DNA of 64,000 bases from a virus, in the IMG/VR virus record IMGVR_UViG_3300028029_000001, positions 1 to 64,000 of that record. One strand, written 5' to 3'. The translations under genes and the position numbers were made by a program. Under the pieces are notes generated by a model, which did no database searches, was not told where the DNA came from, and was given only the letters and a program-made list of their open reading frames with translations. Shown in pieces: positions 44,924 to 54,360 of the stretch; position 1 is the stretch's first letter, and the number at the start of each line of letters is the position of its first letter.

Positions 44924-46375
44924 TTAGTTTTCTTTTACTGTACAGTAAATTAATTCTTTCTTTGCTCTAGTCATAGCTACGTATAATAAATTATTCTCTT
45001 GAATTAATTGATCTTCACTAACCGCAAATTTAGACGGTATTAAAAATCTGTTTAAAAAGAATATTCTATTTGCTTCTAATCCTTTTGCTTTATGTATTGT
45101 ACTTAAAATAATACCTTCTTTTGAATCATCTGAAAATATTTCTCCTAAGTGATATAACATTTCTTTTACGCTCTTATAATTATTAGAAATTACAATAATT
45201 GCTGATATTTTTTCTAATAATGTTTGATATGATGGGTGTTTTATAGGTTTATCAAAACCTCTTTTAATTAAATCATTTGTTAAATCATGTAAATCTCCCA
45301 TTAAACCATCTATCATTTCTTCCATTTCATAGTCTTTCCACTTCTTTATAATTTTAATTAAACTTTCACCTATATCTTTTCCTTTAATAAAACATTTTTT
45401 ACCATCTGCAATAAAATTGAAATAAACCATTATTAAAGGTTTTAAATTTCTACATATTACCATATCTTTATCTTCTGCTTCAAAATAATCCCCTCTCCTT
45501 AAAACTCCAGGTTCTACACCTATTCTTGGTTCTAAAACATTATAAATATTGTTTGCATGATCTATTATCCTACTTGGACATCTATAACATACTGATAATG
45601 GTAATTCAATAGTTCTTTTCTTTATTGTGAATAGTTGGAAAGATTTACTATCTGCTCCTGCAAAATTATAAATACTTTGATGAGGATCTCCTACAGCAAC
45701 AAATCTATTACCTTTTATAATCCTATCAATCATTGCATGTTGGGCTTTATTCAAATCTTGACACTCATCAATAAATGTAGTGTTAAATTTAGGTAAAATA
45801 TATTTAATATTAGTAGCGGGAAGATAGATCATATCGGTAAAATCTACTTCTTTTGGGTTTTTATTATAATTATTAAGGATTTTCATTATTTCTAATGAGT
45901 GTTTTATATGAGATTCTTTATATTCGATACCTATTATTTTTGCAGACTCTTTAAGATCCTCAATTGATTGACATAGAGTTGATCTGTATATGTCTACTAG
46001 TTTATCTACTATATAAAAATAAGCTTCTTGATCAATACTTTTAATATTCCATTTTTTTGAAGCATTGATTATAAATTTATAAGTTTTTCCTTTTTTTAAT
46101 TTTAATCTGCCTCCATGCTCAGAAATTAAGCTTTTCATACCTAATGAATGAAGTGTCATTATTTCTACATTTGGTATATTTACTCTCTTTTTTAATTCTT
46201 CAACAATATCTCCATTAAAAGCTAATACACCTGATAAACCTCTTGCTAAGCCTAATAACATTATTAATGTAGTTGTCTTTCCTGTTCCTGCACCTGCTTT
46301 TATAGTTATGTTATCTGAAGTATTTCTAAATGTTTTTGCTATTTCTATTTGATATTTATCCGGTTTAAAAGCCAT
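44924..46375 (-). CDS. UvrD/Rep/PcrA-family DNA helicase
   Basis: 483 aa. Walker A AGAGTGKTT, FIDECQD, VGDPHQSIY, TIHKAKGLE, LLYVAMTRAKKEL. Confidence 0.8.
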   Translation of the reverse strand: MAFKPDKYQIEIAKTFRNTSDNITIKAGAGTGKTTTLIMLLGLARGLSGVLAFNGDIVEELKKRVNIPNVEIMTLHSLGMKSLISEHGGRLKLKKGKTYKFIINASKKWNIKSIDQEAYFYIVDKLVDIYRSTLCQSIEDLKESAKIIGIEYKESHIKHSLEIMKILNNYNKNPKEVDFTDMIYLPATNIKYILPKFNTTFIDECQDLNKAQHAMIDRIIKGNRFVAVGDPHQSIYNFAGADSKSFQLFTIKKRTIELPLSVCYRCPSRIIDHANNIYNVLEPRIGVEPGVLRRGDYFEAEDKDMVICRNLKPLIMVYFNFIADGKKCFIKGKDIGESLIKIIKKWKDYEMEEMIDGLMGDLHDLTNDLIKRGFDKPIKHPSYQTLLEKISAIIVISNNYKSVKEMLYHLGEIFSDDSKEGIILSTIHKAKGLEANRIFFLNRFLIPSKFAVSEDQLIQENNLLYVAMTRAKKELIYCTVKEN

Positions 46376-46871
46376 TGTATGTATCTAATTTTTCTTGTTT
46401 TGATTTTCTTCCTTTATTAGCTAACTCATCAGCTAATTCATTTAATTCATTCCCTGCATGCCCTTTAACCCAAATAATCTTAACATCTCGATTTTTCTTG
46501 CCTCCATGCTTTTGATATGATGTTATAAAAGATCTCCATAAATCATTATTCTTTTTAGTATTTAGAATACCTGAACTTATCCAACTCCAAAGCCATGTAT
46601 TAGCTGTTTTAACAACATATTCATTATCACAGTATATTTCTATAGGCCAACCTGGATTACATAAGTTTAATGCTTGAATTACTCCTCTTAATTCCATCCT
46701 TGCAGATGTTGTATTTTTATATTTGATTGATGAGAAATCTTTTTTATGTTCTCCACATCTTATTACTATACCAAAACCACCCTCTTTAGATCCTTTTCCT
46801 GTTTTTTTATTATTACAAGACCCATCTGTGTAAACTGTTATTTTATTTCTTTTAATTTTATTTGTTGACAT
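46365..46871 (-). CDS. rnhA: ribonuclease HI
   Basis: 168 aa. VYTDGSC..., ELRGVIQAL, IYCDNEYVV, WVKGHAGNELNELADELA. Confidence 0.8.
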   Translation of the reverse strand: MSTNKIKRNKITVYTDGSCNNKKTGKGSKEGGFGIVIRCGEHKKDFSSIKYKNTTSARMELRGVIQALNLCNPGWPIEIYCDNEYVVKTANTWLWSWISSGILNTKKNNDLWRSFITSYQKHGGKKNRDVKIIWVKGHAGNELNELADELANKGRKSKQEKLDTYNGF

Positions 46872-47446
46872 ATTTTTGTAGCTTTTATACTTAAATCATT
46901 TAAGTTTCCATTATTATCAATAATAAAATCAAAAAATTTATCAGATAATCCTTTTTCCGATTCATGAGATAAATTTCTTTTTTCTCCAATAACACCATGA
47001 TTTCTTTTAATTTTAATAAAAGTTACACCTTCTTCTTTTTTTAATAAATGGATTTCATTTTCAAATCTCAAATCTGTAAAAATAAATACATCATCACTGA
47101 TTTTAGGTATGCTTTTTATTGCAGCTATTGCCCATATATCTTTATGTACATTATCTCTGCAAGCTTCTGTCGCATATTTTTGAAGCATCACACCTAAAGT
47201 CATATCAAAATCAGGCAAATAAGTCTGTTTTTGTTCTCTGCTAAAATCAAGAAAATTATTTGAATAACCATAATCTTCAACATTTAACATAAGTATTCCT
47301 GTTATGTTTGATATATTTTCTTTTACTTTTAAAGCAAAAGATTTTTTAAAAACTTTTTTATCTTTTAAAATATTTGAGATTATTAATCCTAAAGTATCTT
47401 TACCATGACCCATTAGTCCATGTATTGCTATTATTTTTCTTTCCAT
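46838..47446 (-). CDS. deoxynucleoside monophosphate kinase-like P-loop protein
   Basis: 202 aa. IAIHGLMGHGKDTLG P-loop and FTDLRFENEI...IKIKR pattern as in phage dNMP kinases. Confidence 0.55.
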   Translation of the reverse strand: MERKIIAIHGLMGHGKDTLGLIISNILKDKKVFKKSFALKVKENISNITGILMLNVEDYGYSNNFLDFSREQKQTYLPDFDMTLGVMLQKYATEACRDNVHKDIWAIAAIKSIPKISDDVFIFTDLRFENEIHLLKKEEGVTFIKIKRNHGVIGEKRNLSHESEKGLSDKFFDFIIDNNGNLNDLSIKATKICQQIKLKEIK

Positions 47447-47460
47447 AATTATTAAAAATA

Positions 47461-47524
47461 AAAGAAGGCACCATTCAATAGTCTAAGAGAGAAATTTTTG
47501 ACCTATTAAATGAATACCTTCTTT
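47461..47524 (-). terminator. long imperfect hairpin terminator after rIIB
   Basis: aaagaagg...ccttcttt outer stem, T-rich run on the minus strand (47451-47460). Confidence 0.4.
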
Positions 47525-47532
47525 TTGTGTTT

Positions 47533-48858
47533 TTACGCGTCTATAACAGTTATTCCTTTTTCTGAATACAATTTTATTGCTTGAACTATTACTCTTGCTC
47601 TACGAGGTGATTTACCTCCTATAATTTTATCAAAATCTTTTTTAACTTGAGCTATTATTTCTTTAGCTTTTAATCCTGTAAAAATAACTTCTCCATTTTC
47701 TGGAGTTTTTCTTATTTTTCTCACATCTTGATTAGTTATTATTTCTTTTTTACTTACTTTTTTCTTTTCCTTCTTAGCTTTTAATTCTGCAATTTTCTTA
47801 GCTGCAACTTCCTCTTCAGCTTTTCTAATTTCTTGAAATTTAATTAAAATAATTCGTGCTTTTTTTAATATACCTTTTTTATTTTTTAATTTAGACTTTA
47901 TTTTTTCATCATCTAATAAAATAACCCATTCTCCTGTTTGGTTATGTGTGTATTCAATTATTTCTCTCGCTGTCATTTTAGATAATGTATCATCTAAATT
48001 TAATTGTTTAGATGTGACTTCATATTTTCCGTATGAATCAATCTGTACATTTTTTATTGACTCAATTTGAGGAATTGCTGATCCACTTAATAATTCTGCA
48101 TGAGTTTTTATTTGTGGTTTTTTAGAATTTTTCGGAGCATATCCTGTAACGTGATATTTACAAACTCTCATTTTACGATTATTATAATCAATAGGAACTG
48201 AAACAACATCTCTTGGATTTACAGAACATTCTACTATAATATTTCTACTGTAAAAATCTCTAACATAATCAGGTGGAGCAACATGCAATCCTCTAGAACA
48301 GGTTTGGTTTCTATCTGAATTTACTCTAGATCTTTCCATTTCAACAATCATACCTATAGAATTATCTATTCTTCCAGTATAACAATCTACTAATTTATCA
48401 GATTTATAAGAAACACCTTTTTCAACAATCATATTCCCTTCAGGGGTCAGTGCAATGTTATTGTGTATTATAAAACCATACAATTCTCTTTTTGAATCTT
48501 CTGAAGGATTTTCTTTAAGTTTATTCCAAAAATTGATTAATGCGGTATAATCCACTTTAGCCTTTTTCATCTCAACTAATCTTTTTGAAATACATTTAGG
48601 TAAAGGGTCTGATGATCCTTTTATTGTTAAAATTCCATGATTTATTTCAAAATCTTCTCCAGCATATTCCATTAAACCTTTTTGAGCTTTTAAAAATTCT
48701 TTTATTAAACCTTCTTCATCAAAGTTTTCTATCATTTTTTTAAGCTTTTTAAATAAAGCTTTTTGATTTTGCTTTTGGATGTTGATTACACTATTTTCAT
48801 ATTTAAGTACAATAGTACCTTCTGAAACTAAAGCTTTTAATTTTTTTGATTTTGCCAT
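47533..48858 (-). CDS. rIIB: rIIB-like protein
   Basis: 441 aa. NQTCSRGLHVAPPDY and NPRDVVSVPIDYNNRKMRVCKY closely parallel T4 rIIB (QTCSRGLHV...HPRDVVSIPIDYNDAKMRTCQY). Confidence 0.8.
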   Translation of the reverse strand: MAKSKKLKALVSEGTIVLKYENSVINIQKQNQKALFKKLKKMIENFDEEGLIKEFLKAQKGLMEYAGEDFEINHGILTIKGSSDPLPKCISKRLVEMKKAKVDYTALINFWNKLKENPSEDSKRELYGFIIHNNIALTPEGNMIVEKGVSYKSDKLVDCYTGRIDNSIGMIVEMERSRVNSDRNQTCSRGLHVAPPDYVRDFYSRNIIVECSVNPRDVVSVPIDYNNRKMRVCKYHVTGYAPKNSKKPQIKTHAELLSGSAIPQIESIKNVQIDSYGKYEVTSKQLNLDDTLSKMTAREIIEYTHNQTGEWVILLDDEKIKSKLKNKKGILKKARIILIKFQEIRKAEEEVAAKKIAELKAKKEKKKVSKKEIITNQDVRKIRKTPENGEVIFTGLKAKEIIAQVKKDFDKIIGGKSPRRARVIVQAIKLYSEKGITVIDA

Positions 48859-48878
48859 TTCTCTTAATTTTTAATTAT

Positions 48879-48914
48879 GTCTAAATATACATCGTATATT
48901 TCTATTAACCTACC
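48879..48914 (-). promoter_or_regulatory. repeated promoter/operator motif, overlapping the rIIA stop codon
   Basis: gtctaaatatacatcgtatatttctattaacctacc. GGTTAA supplies the Gly-stop of rIIA. Confidence 0.55.
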
Positions 48915-51259
48915 ATTCTTGATTTAATTATGGCTAATCTTGGGTTAATTTTAAATAATTTATCTTTTTTTATTATTTTCTTATAATTTAATAAGTTTAA
49001 TAATTCTTCTATCTCAGGAATACTTTTTGGAGACCACCTTTTTAATGATTCTTTATCTTCAAAATAATCAGCTATATTATTTCTATATTTTTTTAATATA
49101 ATTGTGATTAATATGTTCTCAGATTTCCATTGTTTATAATCCTCAATAAATTTATCTTCTACTTCATTCAAATCTATAATATCTACATTTAATAAGTTTG
49201 ATAAGTCTTTTTGGTCTGAATATAAATCAATCATTGGATATTTCCCATTATGAGCATCAGCCCATTCTTTAGGAATATAATCTTTAAAATGTTTAACTAA
49301 TGTTGAATTTATATGTAAATTAATTTGACTTAATGCGCCTTGCCTGTTTGATTTTAACAACTCTTTTTTTAAAGATTTTTTATGTTTAGAGTAAAGTTCT
49401 TCTAATTTTGGAAAATTATCTTTTTCAAAATATTTTTTCCAAGCAGAATTTTTAACCACAATAGTTTTAACATCACAAAGTTTATTTAAAAAATTAATTT
49501 TTAACAAAGTTTCTTTTCCTAATTCTTCTTTATAATTACTTAATTTATCTACAGTTACAAAACATAGATTTTTTAATTCTTTAATAACTGGGATTATTAC
49601 TTGTTTATGTTCTTTTGAATAATGTAACGTACCTATATTAAAACTATTAAAACTAAACTCTCGAGTATTGATATTTATGTTATCATATTTACCTTTTTTA
49701 TAAGAGTTTGTTTCTTTTGATTCTATACTATTTGTTGATTCTGCTTTAAAATGCTTTAAATCATCATAAAATTCAGTTTTTAAACAACTACTTATAGCAT
49801 GTAATTCTTTTATAAACTTATCCATTTCAGTATCATTAAGCAATTCAATAATTCTTGTAGGGGTTAACGTATATGCTGTTCCTGAATTAGCTTCATTTAA
49901 TTTTAGTGCTTGTAATGATTTCTTTTTTATATTTCTTCTTGATTCTTTAATATAAAACGTTGAATTATCCCATTTAGAATCAATTGATTTTGTTGCAACA
50001 TAATCTAATTTATCTTGACCTGACCACTCTTTAGATATTCTTTTTAATTCAAAAAATTTAAAAGAAATATTTTTGTTTACTTTTAAGAGAAATTTATTTC
50101 TAACAAAATTCCATTTAGAATCTACTATTTTTTTCAAATTAACATCATTCCCATTAGATATTGAAGCTAATGTATTTATTATTGCTCTAGATGATTTATT
50201 CCAACTATTTTCATTTGCATCACAAAATGATCTCCATTCAACACAAGTTTTTACAAATGTTGAAAAATTATCATCAAAATATTTATTTATTTGATCTACC
50301 AAAACCTTTTTTAAAGAAGATAATTTTTTTCTAATTAATTTAACAGTTTCTTCATCATATTGAACAGTTTCTCTATTTGCAGCAATAGTCAATTCTCCAT
50401 TTTTAAATGGAATAAAACATATTCCATCTACAGGTAATATATAAGTTCCTATTAATGACATATCTTTTATAGGATAAGGTATCCCGTCAATTAATAAAAC
50501 AAATCCTTTATTCATTCCATTTAAAATACTCGTACTACCTTCTTCTTTTTTAATATAAATATCTTTAATTTCTTCAGAATCTTCTAATACATTTACAAAC
50601 TCAGGTTCATACACATTAAAATTCAAGTATTCTGGTTTAGTATCCCATAAACAAGTTGCTTTATAACATTCTCTTTCAAAAGAATCTCTATCTGATTCCT
50701 GTATAGGAACAATAATCTTTGTTCCTGTCTCTTTATCTGTTGTTTCAGAATCAAATAATACCATTTTACCTTTTCTTGTAGAATCAATCATTGCGTTATA
50801 AGTATATTCTTTTCTAACTCCATTAGAATCATCACAAACAGTAATTACTGTGAATGTATCATTATAAGCAAAAGGAGTTTTGGCACCTAATCCAAAGCCA
50901 CCCGTTTGGCTATTTGTATCTCTTTTTGTTGATGCTCCATATTTTAAGAAAATGCTTTCCATCCTATCTGGAGTAATTCCAACACCAGAATCTTGAAAAA
51001 CAATAGCCATATCTGTTATAGATAAATATTCATTAGGTTCAGCAATTATAATTTTTATAGATTTATCTCCTGAATTATTCTCTCTATTAGCATCTCTACA
51101 ATTAGATGATACTTCTCTACAAACTGCAGCTATTTTATTCGAATACATCTTATCTCTAAGTATATCAAAAATTACTGAATTTTCGGATTCTATAGAAAAA
51201 GTCATTTCTTTTTCTGCACCCATTATTGTACTTTCAAATTTTGATTCTTGTAATTTCAT
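48905..51259 (-). CDS. rIIA: rIIA-like protein (N-terminal GHKL ATPase fold)
   Basis: 784 aa. MYSNKIAAVCREVSSNCRDAN, DSGVGI and TGGFGLGAKTPFAY parallel T4 rIIA ([21 protein letters not shown]...IGGFGLGSKSPFSY). Confidence 0.8.
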   Translation of the reverse strand: MKLQESKFESTIMGAEKEMTFSIESENSVIFDILRDKMYSNKIAAVCREVSSNCRDANRENNSGDKSIKIIIAEPNEYLSITDMAIVFQDSGVGITPDRMESIFLKYGASTKRDTNSQTGGFGLGAKTPFAYNDTFTVITVCDDSNGVRKEYTYNAMIDSTRKGKMVLFDSETTDKETGTKIIVPIQESDRDSFERECYKATCLWDTKPEYLNFNVYEPEFVNVLEDSEEIKDIYIKKEEGSTSILNGMNKGFVLLIDGIPYPIKDMSLIGTYILPVDGICFIPFKNGELTIAANRETVQYDEETVKLIRKKLSSLKKVLVDQINKYFDDNFSTFVKTCVEWRSFCDANENSWNKSSRAIINTLASISNGNDVNLKKIVDSKWNFVRNKFLLKVNKNISFKFFELKRISKEWSGQDKLDYVATKSIDSKWDNSTFYIKESRRNIKKKSLQALKLNEANSGTAYTLTPTRIIELLNDTEMDKFIKELHAISSCLKTEFYDDLKHFKAESTNSIESKETNSYKKGKYDNININTREFSFNSFNIGTLHYSKEHKQVIIPVIKELKNLCFVTVDKLSNYKEELGKETLLKINFLNKLCDVKTIVVKNSAWKKYFEKDNFPKLEELYSKHKKSLKKELLKSNRQGALSQINLHINSTLVKHFKDYIPKEWADAHNGKYPMIDLYSDQKDLSNLLNVDIIDLNEVEDKFIEDYKQWKSENILITIILKKYRNNIADYFEDKESLKRWSPKSIPEIEELLNLLNYKKIIKKDKLFKINPRLAIIKSRMVG

Positions 51260-51279
51260 TTCTCTCTCTTTTTAATTAT

Positions 51280-51324
51280 GACCTAAATATACGATGTATA
51301 TTTCTATTAACCTAATATTTTAGG
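51280..51324 (-). promoter_or_regulatory. repeated promoter/operator motif
   Basis: gacctaaatatacgatgtatatttctattaacctaatattttagg, about 20 nt upstream of the rIIA ATG. Confidence 0.6.
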
Positions 51325-51327
51325 ATA

Positions 51328-52284
51328 TTATTCATCATCAGGCAATTTTATACCTATTTCATGTAAAGCTTTTCTATAACCCAATTTATCCATCATAGAT
51401 TTATATCTTTTAGGCTCCCTAATAAATAATCTATGAAATTTAGTATTTAAAGGATCTTCAAATTGAATCCCAAAAGCACAGTATGCACACCCTGTTCTTT
51501 TTTCTCCTTGAACTTTTTTACCTTGAATAATTTGATCAATATAAATATCACTAATTTTAATATTATATTTTTTTATTAAACCCCATATATCTTTTTCAGT
51601 AAAAATAGATAAAGGTTTACTTATAGGTCTTTTACCTTCAAAAGTATTACATTTATTATTATTTCTTAAATATGCTTGTTTCCTCATTCCAGACTCACTA
51701 GCCATAGTTCCAATAATAGGATGCAATTTAGATTCTTTTTCAAAAATTTTTACAGGATTCTTTTTTAATATATCACAACATTTACTAGTAAGTTCAATAT
51801 CAGAATCTACTAAAAATTTCCACTTTTCAGAAATTTTACCAATAGTATACTCTCTACCTGATGGAGCAATTTTTTTTATACCATTTAATCTGATATTTCT
51901 TAATTTATCACTTTTAGTATTTTTTGCTTCAGAAATTTTTTGTGATTGATCTTTACTAATTAAAGGGTATCCATATTTTATTAATGATTGAGCGAATGTC
52001 ATTTTAGGTTTCAACCAAGTAACTCTATCTCCATAATTTTTAACAAAATCTAATATCTCTTTATGTTCGTTGGTTGTATTATTGAATATTAGAGGTATCT
52101 TATTGTAGCCTGCAGCTTTGCAAAATTTATCAGCAAGCCAAACTAATACAGTAGAATCTTTACCTCCACTAAATCCTATATAAACTTTACCATTTTTATT
52201 ATGATAAAAGGAATCAATTACAGTTAATGCGTGTAATACTTTTTCTGACAAATCCCATTTTTGTTTTTCTTCTAATTTAATCAT
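51328..52284 (-). CDS. PAPS reductase / PP-loop ATPase family protein
   Basis: 318 aa. PP-loop IGFSGGKDSTVL, C-terminal Cys pair CAYCAFG. Confidence 0.7.
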   Translation of the reverse strand: MIKLEEKQKWDLSEKVLHALTVIDSFYHNKNGKVYIGFSGGKDSTVLVWLADKFCKAAGYNKIPLIFNNTTNEHKEILDFVKNYGDRVTWLKPKMTFAQSLIKYGYPLISKDQSQKISEAKNTKSDKLRNIRLNGIKKIAPSGREYTIGKISEKWKFLVDSDIELTSKCCDILKKNPVKIFEKESKLHPIIGTMASESGMRKQAYLRNNNKCNTFEGKRPISKPLSIFTEKDIWGLIKKYNIKISDIYIDQIIQGKKVQGEKRTGCAYCAFGIQFEDPLNTKFHRLFIREPKRYKSMMDKLGYRKALHEIGIKLPDDE

Positions 52285-52288
52285 AATA

Positions 52289-53140
52289 TTATCCTAATAA
52301 ATTTATTTCTTTATCATCTTTTAAGTCAATTCCTTTATTAAATTCGAGTGATTTACCATCTTCAACACCATAAGTATAAGCATCTTTTTCAGAAGATCTT
52401 CTCACCTTACTTGTCTTTTTTAAATTTTTAAAATTTAATTCCTTAAATTCTTTAATTTCCTCTTCACGCTCATTTTTTAATCTTTGTAATTTATTTCCAA
52501 AAGGGATTATAGATTTGGTATCTAAACCTTTCTTTTTAAGATCAATTCTTTGCTCTTCTTCACGGCCATGTTCTTTTTTAATAACACTAGCTCTTTGTTC
52601 TTCTAATTTTTCATGTAATCCATTTACTGCACCTTTATAATATCCTCTTCTAAAAGGATTAGGGTAGCTCATATATTTGTTTTTCTTTAATTCATTCTCA
52701 GATAAATCCGGATAATCAATTTCCGCATTAGATAACATTTCTATTCTATATTCTTTATATCTCTTTAAAGAATCTTTTCTAAAAACATCTCTTGCCACCT
52801 CAAACATATAGATAGTAGTTTCTACATTTTCAGGCCTTCCTATTACAGTTAATGTTTTATCTTGAGGGTGAATTATTGCTTCACAAAGATTATTACTACA
52901 TAAAACTGATATTAATAAATCTTCCCATCTTCCTTCTGAAGATTTTTCATCATATTTAATACCATCAGTTGAACCTGTTAAATTACCTTGCTTAGAGGTA
53001 TTTTCTATTGAGTTTATAGAAACTCCATGTTTTAATAATAATTCATTTGCTTTAGCCATAAACATTTGAGATTCAGATATTGATTCTACACTTTTTGCCT
53101 TAGCTATTAATTTTTTAATTTTCTCTGTAATTGCATTCAT
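52289..53140 (-). CDS. DUF2786-like protein
   Basis: 283 aa. The N-terminal IKKLIAKAKSVESISESQMFMAKANELLLKHGV fits the DUF2786 pattern. Confidence 0.45.
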   Translation of the reverse strand: MNAITEKIKKLIAKAKSVESISESQMFMAKANELLLKHGVSINSIENTSKQGNLTGSTDGIKYDEKSSEGRWEDLLISVLCSNNLCEAIIHPQDKTLTVIGRPENVETTIYMFEVARDVFRKDSLKRYKEYRIEMLSNAEIDYPDLSENELKKNKYMSYPNPFRRGYYKGAVNGLHEKLEEQRASVIKKEHGREEEQRIDLKKKGLDTKSIIPFGNKLQRLKNEREEEIKEFKELNFKNLKKTSKVRRSSEKDAYTYGVEDGKSLEFNKGIDLKDDKEINLLG

Positions 53141-53162
53141 AATATTCTCTCTTTTTAATTAT

Positions 53163-53195
53163 GACCTAAATATACGATGTATATTTATATTAAAC
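53163..53195 (-). promoter_or_regulatory. repeated promoter/operator motif (truncated upstream half)
   Basis: gacctaaatatacgatgtatatttatattaaac. Confidence 0.5.
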
Positions 53196-53205
53196 AACTA
53201 TAAAC

Positions 53206-53235
53206 AAAAAAAAGATCCCTTTTCAAGGATCTTTT
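53206..53235 (-). terminator. rho-independent terminator
   Basis: Stem aaaagatcc/ggatctttt (53210-53218 / 53227-53235), T-run on the minus strand. Confidence 0.6.
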
Positions 53236-53281
53236 CTCTTTTCAAATCAAAATAAAAACAATAAGTTGTTATTATAGACCC

Positions 53282-53458
53282 TTAATTTAAGTATATTATT
53301 TGAGATAACGGGCTGATTGTCTTTAATTTTAATTGGTCAATTAAACTTTCTACTGCAAATTGATTAATTAATTCCTTATTATCTGTTTTAATAGGCATAG
53401 TTACTTTAACTACCCTTTCGCTAATCTTTGTTTTAAACCTATATATTATATTTGACAT
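53282..53458 (-). CDS. small hypothetical protein (58 aa)
   Basis: Hand-translated MSNIIYRFKTKISERVVKVTMPIKTDNKELINQFAVESLIDQLKLKTISPLSQIIYLN. Bracketed by two terminator hairpins. Confidence 0.35.
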   Translation of the reverse strand: MSNIIYRFKTKISERVVKVTMPIKTDNKELINQFAVESLIDQLKLKTISPLSQIIYLN

Positions 53459-53471
53459 AGTTTTGTATATT

Positions 53472-53500
53472 AAAAAAGCGATCTACTTAGAGATCGCTTT
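53472..53500 (-). terminator. rho-independent terminator after acidic protein gene
   Basis: Stem aaagcgatct/agatcgcttt, 6-nt loop, T-run on the minus strand. Confidence 0.65.
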
Positions 53501-53524
53501 ATATTACTATTATTGTTTAGAGAT

Positions 53525-54334
53525 CTATTTGATTCTATCAATCATTACATTATACTTATCACTAGCATAATATTTTTTAACTAAAGCAATTAAACCATTC
53601 ATTAAATCTGCCCAATCTTCATCTTGCTTAGGATAAGCATGAACTGCTCCACCTGTAGGGATAATTCTTTGGCAAGAATCTAATTTTTCAATTTCAGACA
53701 CCATATCTGTATTTGGTCTTTCTCTTACATCAATAGTACCAACTGTCACTGCACCTCTTGGTTCAGTTTGTCTGATGATAACTTTTGGTAATTTGTTTGG
53801 AGTAGTTTCTTTTGCATCTTCAATAATTTCCTCTTCTTCTTCAATAAGTTCAGGAGCCTCCTCAATTTCTGGTGCTTCTTCAATTTCCATTTCCTCAACC
53901 TCTTCATCCTTTTTGGGATCGGGAAGTGATGAATCTTCCATTTGTGGTTCAAAATTTTCATTGTGCGCACCAGTCTCCATCATTTGAGATTCATCTTGAA
54001 TTTCTTCTTCTTCATTCTCAACAGCTTTAGCTGTACTCTCCGCATTTACACTTTCCACCTCTTCAATGATTTCTTCTTCACCTTTTGGATCAGGAAGTTC
54101 TTCTTTTGGAATATCCTTTACTTCATTTACCGGTGAGGGTGTTTCTACTTTTGGAGCTTCCTCTTTTGCTGTTACCGTTTCTTCAGATTCGTTTTGCCAT
54201 GCCACCTTAGCTCCATCAGGAACCTTATCTAATTCACATGCCCAATATGCTTTCTCATATCGGATTACTACCATTGCATTCTTTTTAGCAAATGCTACTG
54301 CAGAATTCTTATTTGACTTTTTTACCATTTCCAT
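53525..54334 (-). CDS. very acidic protein
   Basis: 269 aa. The central ~170 aa are dominated by E/D (EEEIIEEVES..., EEVEEMEIEEAPEIEEAPELIEEEEEIIED). First gene after the promoter motif at 54361-54403. Confidence 0.6.
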   Translation of the reverse strand: MEMVKKSNKNSAVAFAKKNAMVVIRYEKAYWACELDKVPDGAKVAWQNESEETVTAKEEAPKVETPSPVNEVKDIPKEELPDPKGEEEIIEEVESVNAESTAKAVENEEEEIQDESQMMETGAHNENFEPQMEDSSLPDPKKDEEVEEMEIEEAPEIEEAPELIEEEEEIIEDAKETTPNKLPKVIIRQTEPRGAVTVGTIDVRERPNTDMVSEIEKLDSCQRIIPTGGAVHAYPKQDEDWADLMNGLIALVKKYYASDKYNVMIDRIK

Positions 54335-54360
54335 AATTTCTTATTTTAATTTATTTTGTT

